In this document: in pieces, positions 1 to 13,450 of the stretch
Layout: each line of letters opens with the position of its first letter
Position numbering within the stretch: the first letter of the stretch is position 1
Assembly: GCF_009914755.1 (NCBI RefSeq)
Contig: NC_060934.1
Length of the DNA: 64,000 nucleotides
Reading direction: 5' to 3' (one strand)
Source of the DNA: the human T2T-CHM13v2.0 reference genome, Homo sapiens
Notes under the pieces: model-generated
Database searches by the model: none
Told to the model about the DNA's origin: nothing
The model's input: only the letters and a program-made list of their open reading frames with translations
Position numbers and translations under genes: made by a program

Positions 1-504
1 TGTGAGGATTAAATGAAATAACAGAACATGTAAAGTTAACATAGCATGCTTTCATTAAAATTAATTATTACAATCATTCTTTCAGAAAATTTCCTTTTTT
101 ATTTGAATCATCCATCTAAAAACTTATGGTGTAGTCTCATCCAACCCCTTTCAAAAGCTACACTTCATAATTATCACTAATCTTTCAAGTGGCCCGTGCA
201 AGCTGATGAAACTCATTAATCTCTAAACAGAACTAGTTCATTGTACTTTCTTGCTTTTATAAATGCCTTTGACTCTATCTTCAATTTCCTTCTTTTCTCC
301 ACCTACCTGTGTTCTATTCTTATTAGTCTTAAGTTTAAAAAAAAATCTACTTTTCATGAAAGCCTTTCCTAATTCTCTCTCTCTAACCCACATCCTCTCA
401 ACATGTGAATTTTATATAGTTACTTCAGTTTTTTCCCCTTTAATTAAATTTTATATTCTTGAAAGAACAGATTTATTTATTTTACTTTACCACATCATCT
501 TAGG

Positions 505-848
505 CAGTGCTTCCCAACCTTTTGGCACCAGGGACCTCTTTTGTGGAAGACAATTTTTCCAGGGACAGGGGTGGTGGGGGGATGGCTTTAGGATGAAACT
601 GTTCCACCTCAGATCATCAGGCATTAGTTAGATTCTCATAAGGAGCCTGCAACCCAGACCCCTTGCAGCATAGTTCACTATAGGGATTGTAGTTTTATGA
701 GAATCTAATGCCACTGCTGATGTGAGAGGAGGAGGATCTCAGACAGCAATGCTTGCTTGCCCTCTGCTACTCACCTCCTGCTATCCCAGCCAGTTCCTAG
801 CTGGTCATGGATCAGTACCCCCTGTGGTTCTGTGGTTGGGAACGCCTG
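505..848 (-). mobile_element. MER1B-like hAT-Charlie DNA transposon (MITE)
   Basis: Termini CAGTG...CCTG and the characteristic internal motifs tagattctcataagg and tatgagaatctaatgcc. Flanked by an 8-bp TSD, atcttagg (497-504) and ctcttagg (849-856), the length typical of hAT elements. Confidence 0.85.
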
Positions 849-2654
849 CTCTTAGGTATTTCTTACAGGTGCTAAATTAATAAAAATACATGGTAGAAAC
901 TTTCTGATTTCTTATATAAAATGCCTTAGCATTATATGTATGGAAAATGCTATCCACAATGTTTATATATTCTTTGTTGATATCACAATTGCCTTTTGAA
1001 ATGTCATATCCTCATTAACATCTCAACACTTTCCTCTAGTAATAGTGAAAACAAATCATTGAACTTTGGAAAGTGCACAAAATATTATATATTTTATTTT
1101 TAGGTAAGATTAGAAGCGCCAAAAAGGCTATTTCTCCTAAACATCTGGTTGTTTGTGGTCCAGAGTCCATCTCAGAACTATAAGATGAACATTGTTTTCA
1201 TCACTTTTGGGCCTATTTACTCTATCAACCATCAGTTTATACTCTACAATTTAATGGATATCCCGCTAGCAATTAAAATAAATAAAACATGGCTTAGTTA
1301 ACTGCTTATATTGGGTCTCATATGTCCTTCACATTGCTAGAAAGCATCATTTGCATTTTAGGAAGCTTCTCTTTTATAATTTTCCCACCTTGGGTAAAGT
1401 CTGAATGGCTATTCAGTTGATACCTTATTCTCCTAATACCTCATTCCTATTGTTAATGAAGTTGAATGTCTAATCTCAGACTTATTTTTAACATAGTCAA
1501 TGTTGCATCAAAAAATGTTTATAAGAGCAATGGAGGATAAAGTGCCTGCACTCCCAAGTAGAAAATTGTCTCTATTTTATCTATCAGTTTAGCTCCAGAA
1601 AATAAGTTAATTGGAAATTGTAAAATCTGTTGTGTGATAAGGTCATCAGCTTTACCTTGTTAACTTAATGACTATAAAATTATAGCTGTGTTAAAATGTT
1701 TTATTTACTCATGTCCAATAAAGGTAGACATTTAAAATAATTGAAATGATTGGGCATATCACATTAAAGGTTTTGGGGAGTTTGACATTCCTCAGCAAAT
1801 TATTATAGCATATGGTCTGGATCTTTGTGTCCATATATATATCATATTCAAGTGCACATATTTTTGGTCACCTGTTATCTGCTGAATGTATGCCAGGGAC
1901 TGAGAAAACAAAAGAAAATTACATATTTTTCAGAAACTTCCTGTGTAGAAGGGAGGTAAATGAGTGTAAGTATGTGCTATGTTAATGGTTAAGGTCTGGT
2001 TAAAACAGGAAGAACACAGCCTAGTCAGAAAGATAAGGAAATATTTCTCAGTGATGAGCTGAGTTTAGAAGTAAAATTTCCAAGGCTACATTCATGGACA
2101 CATTTCTGTTCTCTTCATAAGGTCTCTAAATTCCCCAAGTCAATGATTATATGAATTGTGCTCAATAACGGTTTACTTAGTATGCCTTTGCTATACCTCC
2201 TTTAGTCACAGCAGTGCTTAGGGGATCAAGAGGACTAATTAGACTCTGAATCTCATAAAGTGTTATGGTGGTAAATTTGTTTTATGAAAAAATACCTCCA
2301 CATTAATTTTATTCATAAGTGCTTGCCTGTAATTATATGTATCTCATCCTTCTTAATTTCTATTTGTATTGTTAATATGCAAAGATATATTAGTGCAATG
2401 GTACAATAGTGTAACAGTACAATTAGTGCAATGTACAATATACAAATAAATAAAATATATAGATTGGTGTCTGCTTATTGTATTAACTCAAAAGTATATT
2501 AACTAAAAAAGATAACACCAGTTTAAAGTATAAAAACACTTCTCAAACCACTTAAATTTCTTTTGCTAATAATATGTAAATTTCCTAAAGGTTCTTCAGT
2601 TTCCAGGATTCAAAATAATATAATGATAAATACATTATTATATACCTAAATCGT

Positions 2655-2870
2655 GCTAGAAAAGTACTATGGTCCAGGCACTGTACCACGAGCTCTACTA
2701 AGAAATCATTTCTCCCCTACAATTCTATGAAGCATATGGTATTATTAGGCCATATTTAGAGATGAAAAAGTTGAGTCCTAACTTGTTTAATATTAACCAG
2801 CTTTTAAGTGGCTCAGCTTTGAGATCAAGCTCTTAACAGGCTTCACAGCCTGGCCTCTTACCAAAAATCT
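2655..2870 (-). mobile_element. MIR SINE remnant
   Basis: Degenerate MIR core (ccaggcactgt...attattaggccatatttagagatgaaaaagttgag). Boundaries approximate. Confidence 0.55.
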
Positions 2871-3938
2871 TAAATTGGCCATGTTTTCTGTAAGAGATGT
2901 GAGATACATTCACTCTTAACCATTTCCTTTTCTGTCCTGTGGCTGTAAGATTAAGGTATTCTATCAATGAAAAGCATTTAAATACGAATAATGAAATGGA
3001 TGATTATGTAGGTAAGTCTCTGTATCCTTCAGGAACATGTAACTCTTTGTGAGGATTCCTAGTACAAGTTGAAAAAGTAGAGATAAGATAGAAACCTAAA
3101 AGCCTCCTCTATTTTGCAAAATCCATTCCAATTTTATTTTTACATAGTTGCCAATATGTAAATTTAGAAATTTGAAACACCAAATATTATAACATAGCTT
3201 TTTACAGAATGAATGAATAATGAAATAATAAATCAATGAGACCTAACACAAAAGTTAACTGCTCTCCAATCCTTCTACTTGCTTTATTTTGTTAGATCTT
3301 TCTCTAGGCAGTGCCACAGACATCTGGCTTCCTACAGTTCTTTACCTATTCTTTGTTGTACCACATTCTCTGACATTTTCCCAATCACCTTCCCATTTTT
3401 GGACTTATACTTTCCTTTATTTCTGTACTACTTCTGTAGTTTGTATCTTTGACTCTTTCCTGGCCTGAAATTACACTCCTATTCTGATTATGCTGCTTTC
3501 CACCTCCCTGGACCAGCCAGTGTTGTAGACTGTCTTACTTATAATCATTTCCCTTCAGTAAAATCTTTATTAATAGAAACAAGACAAATTCAAAATGACA
3601 CATTTAGTATAGCAGAATATAAGAAACAAAAGTAAAGAAAATCAGAAAGGCAATGATCATTTCACAGTCATCAATTTATTTCCCAAGCTTGATTTTATTT
3701 ACAGTGGCTTTCATCTACATTTTTCTTCACACATAGTCATCAACCTAAAATTAGAAGTCAAAAATCAAACCAATGTGAAATTTTATTCCCCAAAATTATA
3801 TTTTTAAATGTTTCATAAGATCTAGTATTCAATACTTTTTCTTTGAGTATGATATCTATTTTTTTATTATTTTCCCTTGAAATGAAAAAGAAGGTATAAA
3901 GAAACAATTTTTTTAGCTGATATGATTGGATGAGAAAG

Positions 3939-4449
3939 TGTTGGGAACAAGCCCCCCAAAATCTGGCCATAAACTGGCCCCAAAACTGGCCATAAACAAA
4001 ATCTCTGCAGCTCTGTAACATGTTCATAATGGCCATAGCACCCATGCTGGAAGGTTGTGGGTTTACCAGAATGAGGGCAAGGAACACCTGGCCCGCCCAG
4101 GGCAGAAAACTGCTTAAACGCATCTTAAGCCACAAACAATAGCATGAGCGATCTGTGCCTTAAGGACATGCTCCTGCTGCAGTTAACTAGCCAACCTATT
4201 CCTTTAATTTGGCCCATCCCTTTGTTTCCCATAAGGGATACTTTTAGTTAATTTAATATCTATAGAAACAATGCCAATGACTGGCTTGCTGTTAATAAAT
4301 ACGTGGGTAAATCTCTGTTCAGGGCTCTCAGTTCTGAAGGCTGTGAGACCCCTGATCTCCCACTTCACACCTCTATATTTCTGTGTGTGTGTCTTTAATT
4401 CCTCTAGCGCCACGGGGTTAGGGTCTCCCTGACTGAGCTGGTCTCAGCA
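3939..4449 (+). mobile_element. MER9 solo LTR of HERV-K(HML-3)/HERVK9
   Basis: TG...CA termini (tgttgggaacaagcccc...ggtctcagca), 511 bp, internal AATAAA. Perfect 6-bp TSD AGAAAG at 3933-3938 and 4450-4455, the length typical of betaretroviruses. Confidence 0.9.
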
Positions 4450-5461
4450 AGAAAGTCTTTGTCTTTCTTTATGCATGTAGTCCACGTTACAAATGGAGAC
4501 ACTGTTAGCTGACATTCTGAGTGTGGATGTATCATGGCCACTTCTCTGCACCTTTCTTACTATTCTAAGGAATGTTTTTAAAAAAGATAAAGTATTTGTA
4601 AATTATTGATGACAAACTTTGCTCTTGTAACCAGATAAAACAACCCATCACTTCTAGGGAAGGGATATTCCTGCTCCCATTCACTATTCTCAACAATAAC
4701 CAGAGCCAAAACAAACGATGGCTAGATGACATTAAATTATTTCTGGATGACAGAAGACAAAGCCCAGCCCCATCTCACACACTTCTGTTGCCATGGTTTT
4801 CAAATGAGATGCTTCCATGGTCAAACCAGACTCTCACTGTTCTGTTCATCACCATTTAACTGCAAGAGCTGCTGAGCACATCTATGATCTCTCTTGCTCA
4901 TGACAGCAGGCAGAATGAACATAAATGGTTAGAAAATACCACCTGTTCAATGCTTAATGCAGGAGGAAAAAGCAGCTGTGCCATTTGTGATGGAAAACAC
5001 ATTAGCTTAGGCTCAGCATGCCATTTATATAACCAACCATAAAAACTCAAAGTTACTGGGGGTGTAGGATAAAATATTGAGTGACAGATACCTGTTTTCC
5101 ATTTGAGAATTTGTGTCTGAAGATTGTCAAGCACAGAGTGTGACTTACAGGACACTAAGACTCTCTTTGACTTTCTAGATTACAATACTTGCTGTTTGGA
5201 ATATTAAAATCAGAGTTCTTGTGAAAGCAACAAGTAATCTATCAAGTGTATCAAAAGGATCGAATGGTAGGCTATAGAGCACTGAGTTGTAGCCACAGTT
5301 GCCCTGCTGTAAAGAGTGGGGACAAATTTTGTTTTTAGTGTTTATTGATTCCAAAGCATGTAATCAAGAAAATTGTCATTTATCTTTACAAATAGGTAAG
5401 AGTGGGGATTCCTGCCTTAATTTTCATGCAAACACAATTCACTGGAGCTACTGAACTTTGA

Positions 5462-5845
<384 letters not shown>

Positions 5846-5989
5846 TGAGTCTTTTTATTCTTATTTTTTGGAACAGCTTTTCTTTTACTTCATAATCTCT
5901 ATTCCAGATTTCGCCTTCAGTTAGTCGAGTGATACATGTGTTAAAGTCACATTTGACTAGCAGTGATTGGTTTTATTTAAAAAAATGAT

Positions 5990-6660
5990 TTTGAATATAG
6001 TACTGTGTAATATATACTCTCAATTTAAAGACAAACAAATGTACACAGTTATTGAATTATGGTTATTGTTTTTAGCTCGTATAGGTTAGCCAATCTAAAA
6101 CTACTTTCTTTAAATTTCAAAGTTGAGCAAGTGAGAAATTATTATGAGAATAATTGGAGCCAGATTTTAAACAGTTGGGAAAGTAGTTATATATCTACAT
6201 GAAAATGAGAAAAGAAAAATCTGGAAGGAATTCTACCATGTAAATCTAATAAAATTTGTGTATCAAAATTCATATGGTGATGGAATATCATTTGTTAAAA
6301 TTATAACCATGAATTAGTACTGACTATAATTAATTAACTAAAAAATAGAGAATGCTCTTGCTCACAGTAGAATGCCAGCTAATAAACATAAAAGGAATAA
6401 CAGACTTAGAAAATACTATTTTGCCATCATATTAAAAATAGATTCATGAAAAAAATCAATAATGCTAAACCTAGAGGATTACAGTTTGATAAATTGAAGT
6501 ACATTTGTGTAGATATGAAATATCTCTCCCCATATTACTTATTAATCCCAAATTAAAAATGGTAACTATACAATGAAGAAGCTGGGAGCTCACCGTTTTA
6601 ACCAATTAATCGAAGTTCCCATCATCAGTAATGAAACCAACAATGTTTACCTCTTGTCTT
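5990..6660 (+). mobile_element. Old L1M (L1MC/MD-like) 3' region fragment
   Basis: A-rich sequence resembling L1MC 3' UTR motifs (acagtagaatgccagctaataaa...gacttagaaaat). Heavily diverged. Confidence 0.45.
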
Positions 6661-7121
6661 GTTTAGAAATGTGAAATAAGTAACTGAGAAAACTTACTAC
6701 AGAAAAAGGAAATATTCATGATAAATAGTGGTTTTCAAATGTTATTCCTTTTTACAAATATTAAAAATTAACACAAACAAGTAAATAAAAAAAGAATTAA
6801 AAAAGAATTAGACCAAACGAAAGAAATCTATCTGTATCTTTGAGTGTGTTATAGAGCTTACAGAAAACATTTAAATAGACAACAGACTGATGCCATCACT
6901 TTTATTGCCTAAAGATACTGGGAAAAGACATTAGAATCATCTTTAACATAAATGCTGAAAATACATGCATGTAATTGTATTTAGAGTGAGAATGCCTAAG
7001 TACCCTACAGTTCTGGAAAAGTAATTAAGCAGAAGACATTATTTGTATAGCCTGAGCTCATTTTAAGTGTTAATAGTGAAAATGAGTTGAATATTATTTT
7101 ATTTCAGCATCAGGCATCCTT

Positions 7122-7315
7122 TTCTTTTCCTTTATTTTTCTATTTTTATTTTTATTTTTGACTCAGGGTCTCACTCTGTTATCCAGGCTGGACTGCAGTG
7201 GCCCAGTCATAGCTGACTGCAACCTCGAAATCCTGTGCTGAATATTTTCTCCCACCTCATCCTCCCAAGTAGCTAGGATAGCTAAGACCACAGGTGTGAA
7301 ACACCACACTTAGCT
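7122..7315 (-). mobile_element. Alu monomer (FRAM or AluJ right arm)
   Basis: Single Alu right-arm unit with a T-rich tail. TSD gcatcagg(c/a)atcctt at 7107-7121 and 7316-7330. Confidence 0.8.
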
Positions 7316-8874
7316 GCATCAGGAATCCTTTAACAGTATTATTCTGTGGAGCTGAATGCTACCACTTTCTGTGGCAAAGATGTATATACTTCTGTATCGA
7401 AGGTCCTATCAGTCAGAAACAAGTTCGCCATTAACAATATCTCCCAGATCTGAATTATGACCCAATTGATAACTGTACTCATATAAAATAAAAAAATCTA
7501 CACTCTGGAAACAGAGTTCATGCTTACAGAATTTAGACATCTTCATGTCAGAAATCCTGCATGAAACACTGAAGAGTTTATTCTACTGGATGCAGAATTA
7601 TAGTTTTGTTAACTTAATGGCTTTTAATTAGCATGTTGGCCCTGCTTGTTTGTTTGACTATATTGGCAGATTAATATGAAGTAGAGGTAGATGAGAGGGA
7701 AATATACCTGTGAACTTACCTACAAGACTTTTACTGTCTTTTGTTCACATGGATGTTTTTGGTCTCATCATCAGGATAGTGGTCTCATTATTAGTATAGT
7801 TCATATTGAGGGACACAGATTTTAGGTTAACTCATGTGTGAATCCATCTGTCGGAGTAATTTTGCCTCCTTGATCTTTCTGGCATTTAGTTTTCTTGTCT
7901 CTTAAATGGGGTAATACACTAACTTTGAGTTTCTAACTGTAAAATGTTTCGGGGATTCCAATGATATTAATAGAATCTGTGCCACTGGATCAGGTAATTC
8001 AAAAGAAACTTTGAGTTCTCATTGGTGGAAAATTCAATATTTTTGATTGGCTATGGCAGGACCAAGTGAGTTAGTTATGCAGATGCCAGTATGACTGCTA
8101 CCACCCTATCTGTTATCTCAGCACTGGGCAGAATGACACTTAGCTCAATTTCTACACATGCAAGCTGCAGCAATGTATTATCTAGGAAGGAGACTCATAT
8201 CACATACACCTGCTCTCTTATTGCCCAAACAGAGGAGGCTTTAGAGTTTGCAGTGAAGATCATCAATAATCTGAAATCTAGAATAAGCATGTGTTGAGTT
8301 TTCTTATACTACATTTGTAATATCCACTATCTTAGGTTTCATATGCATTCCACAGAGGTAGAAAACATCAAGTTATCACCATCATTTTACATAAACATCC
8401 AAAAATATATTTTTAAGAGTGTAATTTTTTGAAATATCATTTCAATATGTACTTTGCCTTCAAATTGTGCTACATTATGCTATTTTTAATATTTTAAAGG
8501 TATTTTCAGTGCCTTTTCCAATGAGTAAATTAGTTACCTGAACTTGGTGACATGTAACCATAAATGTGGTTATGAAATACTCCTGAATTTTAAAATTTTC
8601 CATTTCTGTTTTCTACAGCTTAGCTATCTTTTTATGTCTGAGACAACTTCCATCAAAATATCTGGCTCTTTGGCAATTAATTCTTATCAGAAACTTACTT
8701 TGAAAGTTAATTGCTAAGATGATTTTAATATTAACACTCACTTTTATAAAAATTTCACTAACTCATTGAATTAGTCATGCTGACTCACTCATGAAAATGT
8801 GATATTCCAGAGAATATTTATGAAATGACTACAAAAAAACTTATCTATAATAAAATATGGTTTCTGACTCTTCA

Positions 8875-9025
8875 ATAGGCACAATAATGGTCTCCCAAAG
8901 ATGTCTACGTCCTAGTCTTCAGAACCTATGAATATGTTACATATCAAAGAAGAGCTAACATTGTGGGTATAACTAAGGTTGCTAATCATCTGACTTTAAA
9001 ATAGAGGGAAATTTTGAATTATCAT
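8875..9025 (+). mobile_element. MLT1 (MaLR) LTR 5' fragment
   Basis: aataatggtctcccaaagatgtc...cagaacctatgaatatgttac resembles the start of an MLT1C/D LTR. Confidence 0.6.
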
Positions 9026-9590
9026 ATGTTGAAATTTTTCACTGTTTCTAAAAGTCGGCAAAGTCTTGGGGAAGTTTATCCTTACTGTCATTTTCTTTAA
9101 TGTTTACAGAGAAATCTCAATGACATTGGCCCATATTTTTTTAATTTCCATTTTCTTTACTCTGTGCCAGCCTACACAAGAAATTTAGCCTCTTAGCCAT
9201 GCTATCTTACCAGCAAACCCCTCTCATAACAAATATCAAAAATATGTGTACTATACCTTACTAAATTGGTAGAAGGGCTTACAAAAGTGATTTAATATTG
9301 CAACAAACGAGCCAGCCTAAAATAGAATATTATTGGATGTCCTTGTTCTAAAATCTTGTTTCATTTCCCAATACATAGTCTTAAGACATTTATCTCCACC
9401 AACATTTCTTCATAAGTTCCAGCCTTTTGCTATATTGTTTAAACTTTCTCCCTTAAGCTCTCTTCTCCCATACACTTAATTCTTCTTTTTTATTTTAAAG
9501 ACAAATTTAGTCTTAAGCCTCAGTTCTAGTTCTACATTTGCATATCTAAAAAATTAATATTTCTGCTAAATTAATATTTTTTAACTCTGG

Positions 9591-9624
9591 GTATCATCTC
9601 TGGCAGCACACATATACTAAAATT
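9591..9624 (+). pseudogene. 5' fragment of U6 snRNA (retro-copy remnant)
   Basis: ggcagcacacatatactaaaatt (9602-9624) matches U6 nt ~12-32 (GGCAGCACATATACTAAAATT) with one 2-nt CA slippage insertion. The upstream 11 nt match only weakly. Confidence 0.55.
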
Positions 9625-10009
9625 TCTTTGTTTACTTTTTTTCTTTTCACATCAGTCTCTGCTAGTAAAAGGGAGCAGTGTTATACAGATTTGCTTTTCT
9701 CCTAGTGTTCATTTTGCAAACATCTAGGGATGACAGAAAAAATTGTAATCTTGGAGATGGCAGGAAAAATTGCAATCAGTTTTAAATGGATATGTTGATT
9801 TATTTTTTATATTGTGTTCACTAGGATCCTTATCTCAACTTTTTTCTCTTCTCTTTCAACTTCTTTTTTTGCATGTGATATCTACTTCAAAAGTAGATTA
9901 AGTATCCTTAATTAAATATCTATGCTTGTGAATCTCAAATGTATATCTCAAGGTAAACTTAATAATAAAACATTTAAAATAATATGTCCAACTGACTTCT
10001 TGACACCAG

Positions 10010-10436
10010 CTATGGTTTTGCTATGGTTTGTCTCTGCCCGATCTCACATTGAAATTTAATTTTCAATGTAATGATGTTGGGAGGTGCCTTTAAGATGTGG
10101 GGGCTAATAGAAGGCATTTGGTTCATGGGGGCTGCTACCTTATGGGTGCCTTGACGCTGTTCTTGCAATAGTGAGTTCTAGTTCTCCTGGGACTGGGTTA
10201 ATTTCCATGAGAGCTGGTTATTTGAAAACAAGGATGCCTTCAGTGTTTGGTCCCTTGGAATGTGTCTACTTCCCATTTGACCTTATACCATGTTATCACA
10301 CAGTAGGATAACCAGAAGCCAGTGCCATGCCCTCGAACTTCCCAGCCTGCAGAACTATGAGTGAAATAAATATCTTTCATTATAAATTGGGCAGCCTCAG
10401 ATAGTCTGCGATGGTAAAACTAAGTAGACTAAGACC
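10010..10436 (+). mobile_element. MST-family MaLR solo LTR (MSTB/C/D-like)
   Basis: Starts tgctatggtttg, contains cttcccagcctgcagaactatgag...aaataaa, and ends gactaagac. Confidence 0.75.
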
Positions 10437-12565
10437 ACACCTATATCCAGACTATCCCACAATAACTTTGAACTTCATGTGTCATAAAAACTTGTTTTCC
10501 TTCTAAGTTGTTCCCTGTAATATATATTTGAATGAAAACTACCATTCTCAATACCCCCACATCAAAATCTGTGAGATATTCTTTACAATTCCTTCTCCTT
10601 CATCCACTCATTGTATTAGGATATGCTATTTTTTTCTCAGTACCCACTCATTTATTAATTTTCTTCCTTTCAGCAAGAGAATCCTGCATTTTAGCTGTGA
10701 TAATGGAAATCCAGCTGGAGGCTCCTTTACATAGTCTCTTAAAATTAGGTGTAACCAATTAACAATTATATTCGTGTAAGTAGTTGCCTCCCCTCACCTT
10801 CTTTTCTTTCCTACTTCCTGCAGACTGGAATGTAAATAGAGAGCTAGAAGCAAATCTCTACCATGATTCTGAGTCTAACACCTGAGTTAACTCCCTAGGG
10901 GAAGGCAAAGCGAAAAGTTAAAGAGGAGTCTCAAGATAATCCTATGGAGACAAGCTGTCCTAGCAATCTCTGGACCACTCATGCCTAGACTGACTAGGGG
11001 AAAATATGCGTATTATTTATATCACTGTGTGGGGTCATTTATGTTACATCTTGACGTGAGGATGACTTTGGAAAACCTATGTGCATTTATATGTTTATGA
11101 AACAGCCGAGGCTTCTGCTTCTCAAGGGCAGACATTGTGGTCTTTTATCCTGAAGGCCTAAGGGAGTGCATATAACATAGTTGGAGAATTTATTCAAACT
11201 TATTAGAATAAATAAAACCAAATAGAATTCTTCAATGTCTATTTAAAAAATATTTATAACATGGCATTATACTTGGCCCCACATATTCTCTTCAGTTATA
11301 TTTCTGATTCAAGCTCCATTGTCACCTGTTAATCTGTTTATACAGAACTGATACAATTTCCCCAGACTGCTTTCTTTTATCACAGTTCCTTCTGTCTATA
11401 ATGACTTTCTTCTTCTGTTTGGGGAAAGAAATTACTAATATATTCAAACTCAGTTCAAGCATTACCTCCTTCATGAAGCCTTTACTTCCCTCCTCCAGGG
11501 AGATATAATCACTCCTTGCTTGTCATCTTGTAATCTGCTGTATCATGCAGGTGTGTAGGCAGATTAGGAGCCATGCAGTCTGATGACTAGTATCCTACTT
11601 TCTGTTCCAGCATCCTAGTATTTTCTCATTTTGACATCTCACCATCTACATTATCATTCCTTTTCAGTTAAGATAGGTGCTATTTCCAGAAAGTTTGGGT
11701 AAATCCTCATTTGGGAAGGGTTACACATAAGCCATCAATGATTTATCAACAGAAAACAAGCCCTAAAAGGATAGAAACTTGAACAGTGAAATATCAAACA
11801 TTTATTTACTGGGGAGTGAAGACTTAAGTCACGGTACTGGATTTGTACAGCTTTAGAGAGCTGGAAACAGCAGGTATGATGCAGAGATACCTTATGAATA
11901 ATGAAGAAAATAAGACAGTAATGTCTCAATTTATATTCATCATGACAATACAGTTGGTAGGTTATCCTGCTACAACATACAGTCCCTGAAATATTATATT
12001 TTTTGCATAATTAACATTTACATCATATCATAGTTCAATGTACGTCAGACAGATTATCATTCTTTTTGTTATGCCAGCTAGACCACGTGGTTCCGAAGTT
12101 AGAGCCACAGTATAGCAATGTCCATTGAAGAAAAAGAGAGAGATGGAGTAGGACTAGGTTCTTAAGTACCTTGGCCTGGAAAAGGAGATGTGATGTAAAG
12201 GAACACACAATTACTGATGAACAGGAACATTCTATGCTATATAATTTATAGTAATTCCTGATTTATTCAGGTTCATTTATCTTTCTTCCCATCTTTAAGT
12301 GCACTCCTTATTTGCATAAAACTTCTACTATGCTGCTTGTACATATGAAGTTCCAAGTCTATTTCCTTCACTCTTGCTTTTTACTCCTCTATAGTTCTGC
12401 ATTTCATGGCTTTACTAATGGCCTACTTGTCTATGAAGTCGATCAAAAGTGCTATCTCCTCCAGAAGGTTCCCTCTGAAATTCAGAGCTAAATTAAATTA
12501 TGCTTCTTTGTGTGCTATTAACGTATCTTTACCACAGCACTTACAACATTTATAAAATTTATTTT

Positions 12566-12624
12566 CTTTTTCCTTCCATCCTTCCTTCCTTCCTTCCATC
12601 TTTCTTTCTCTTTCTTTCTTTCTG

Positions 12625-12680
<56 letters not shown>

Positions 12681-12780
12681 TCCTTCCTTCCTTCCTTCCT
12701 TCCTTCCTTGTTCCTTCCTTCCTTCCTTCCTTCCTTCCATCTTTCTTTCTTTCTTTCTTTCATCTCTCTCTCTCTCTTTC
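12566..12780. repeat. Polypyrimidine compound microsatellite (TTCC)n/(TTTC)n/(TC)n
   Basis: Directly visible. It is the expanded tail of the adjacent minus-strand Alu. Confidence 0.95.
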
Positions 12781-12998
12781 TTAGATGGGGGTCTCACTCT
12801 GTTGCCTTGGTTCACTGCAACATCCACCCCTGAGGTGCATGCCACCACGTCTGGCTATATTTTATTTATTTATTTATTTTTAGAAATGGAGTTTTGCCAT
12901 GTTACCCAGGCTGGTATGGAACTTCTGGACTCAAGTGATCTGCTCACTTCGGCCTCCCAAAGTGTGGGGATTGCAGGTGTGAGTAACCAAAGCCCACC
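12781..12998 (-). mobile_element. AluJ-like SINE with internal deletions
   Basis: Left arm recognisable (gcctcccaaagtgtgggattgcagg). Right arm has two deletions. Confidence 0.8.
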
Positions 12999-13209
12999 AA
13001 AATTTCTTAATATGTGTCTGATTTTGTCTCATCATTTTTTTTCATTTTAACCAAACAATGTGTGTATGATATGTATCTGATGATCAGTGCATTTATTAGC
13101 TATTTTTAAGAAATAAAACTAGATTTTATTACAATCCTCAGATGTAATCTTGCAGTTGATCCCCAAAAAGTAAATGAACCAGTTTATAGCCATTTATACC
13201 TTCTAAAAG

Positions 13210-13450
13210 ACAGAATAGAGATTAAAAGCATGGTCTCTGGTGTTAGGCTGCCTTATTTTTAACCAGACCCCACTAATTACTTGCAAGGTCAGATTTGACA
13301 AGTCATTCAATCTCTGCTTTAATTCCTTCATCTGTAAAATGGAAATAAAGATGATACTTTCTAGATTGATTTTGAAGATTAAATAAATTTAATTTGTAGT
13401 ATATTTAGTGAGTATAATGCCTATGATGTAATAGTAGGCAGTCATTAAAT
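13210..13450 (+). mobile_element. MIR SINE
   Basis: Core motif caagtcattcaatctctgctttaattccttcatctgtaaaatggaaataa. Confidence 0.7.

Noticed and set aside
263-631. 122-aa ORF
   Set aside because: Low-complexity AT-rich sequence running into MER1B. No recognisable domain or exon structure.
2389-2440. Short near-duplicate attagtgcaatg(g)tacaata
   Set aside because: Ordinary small slippage duplication in AT-rich DNA with no further structure.
12498-12848. Lys/Glu/Arg-rich and Phe/Leu/Ser-rich ORFs (also 63784-63997)
   Set aside because: Artefacts of stop-free tetranucleotide repeats.
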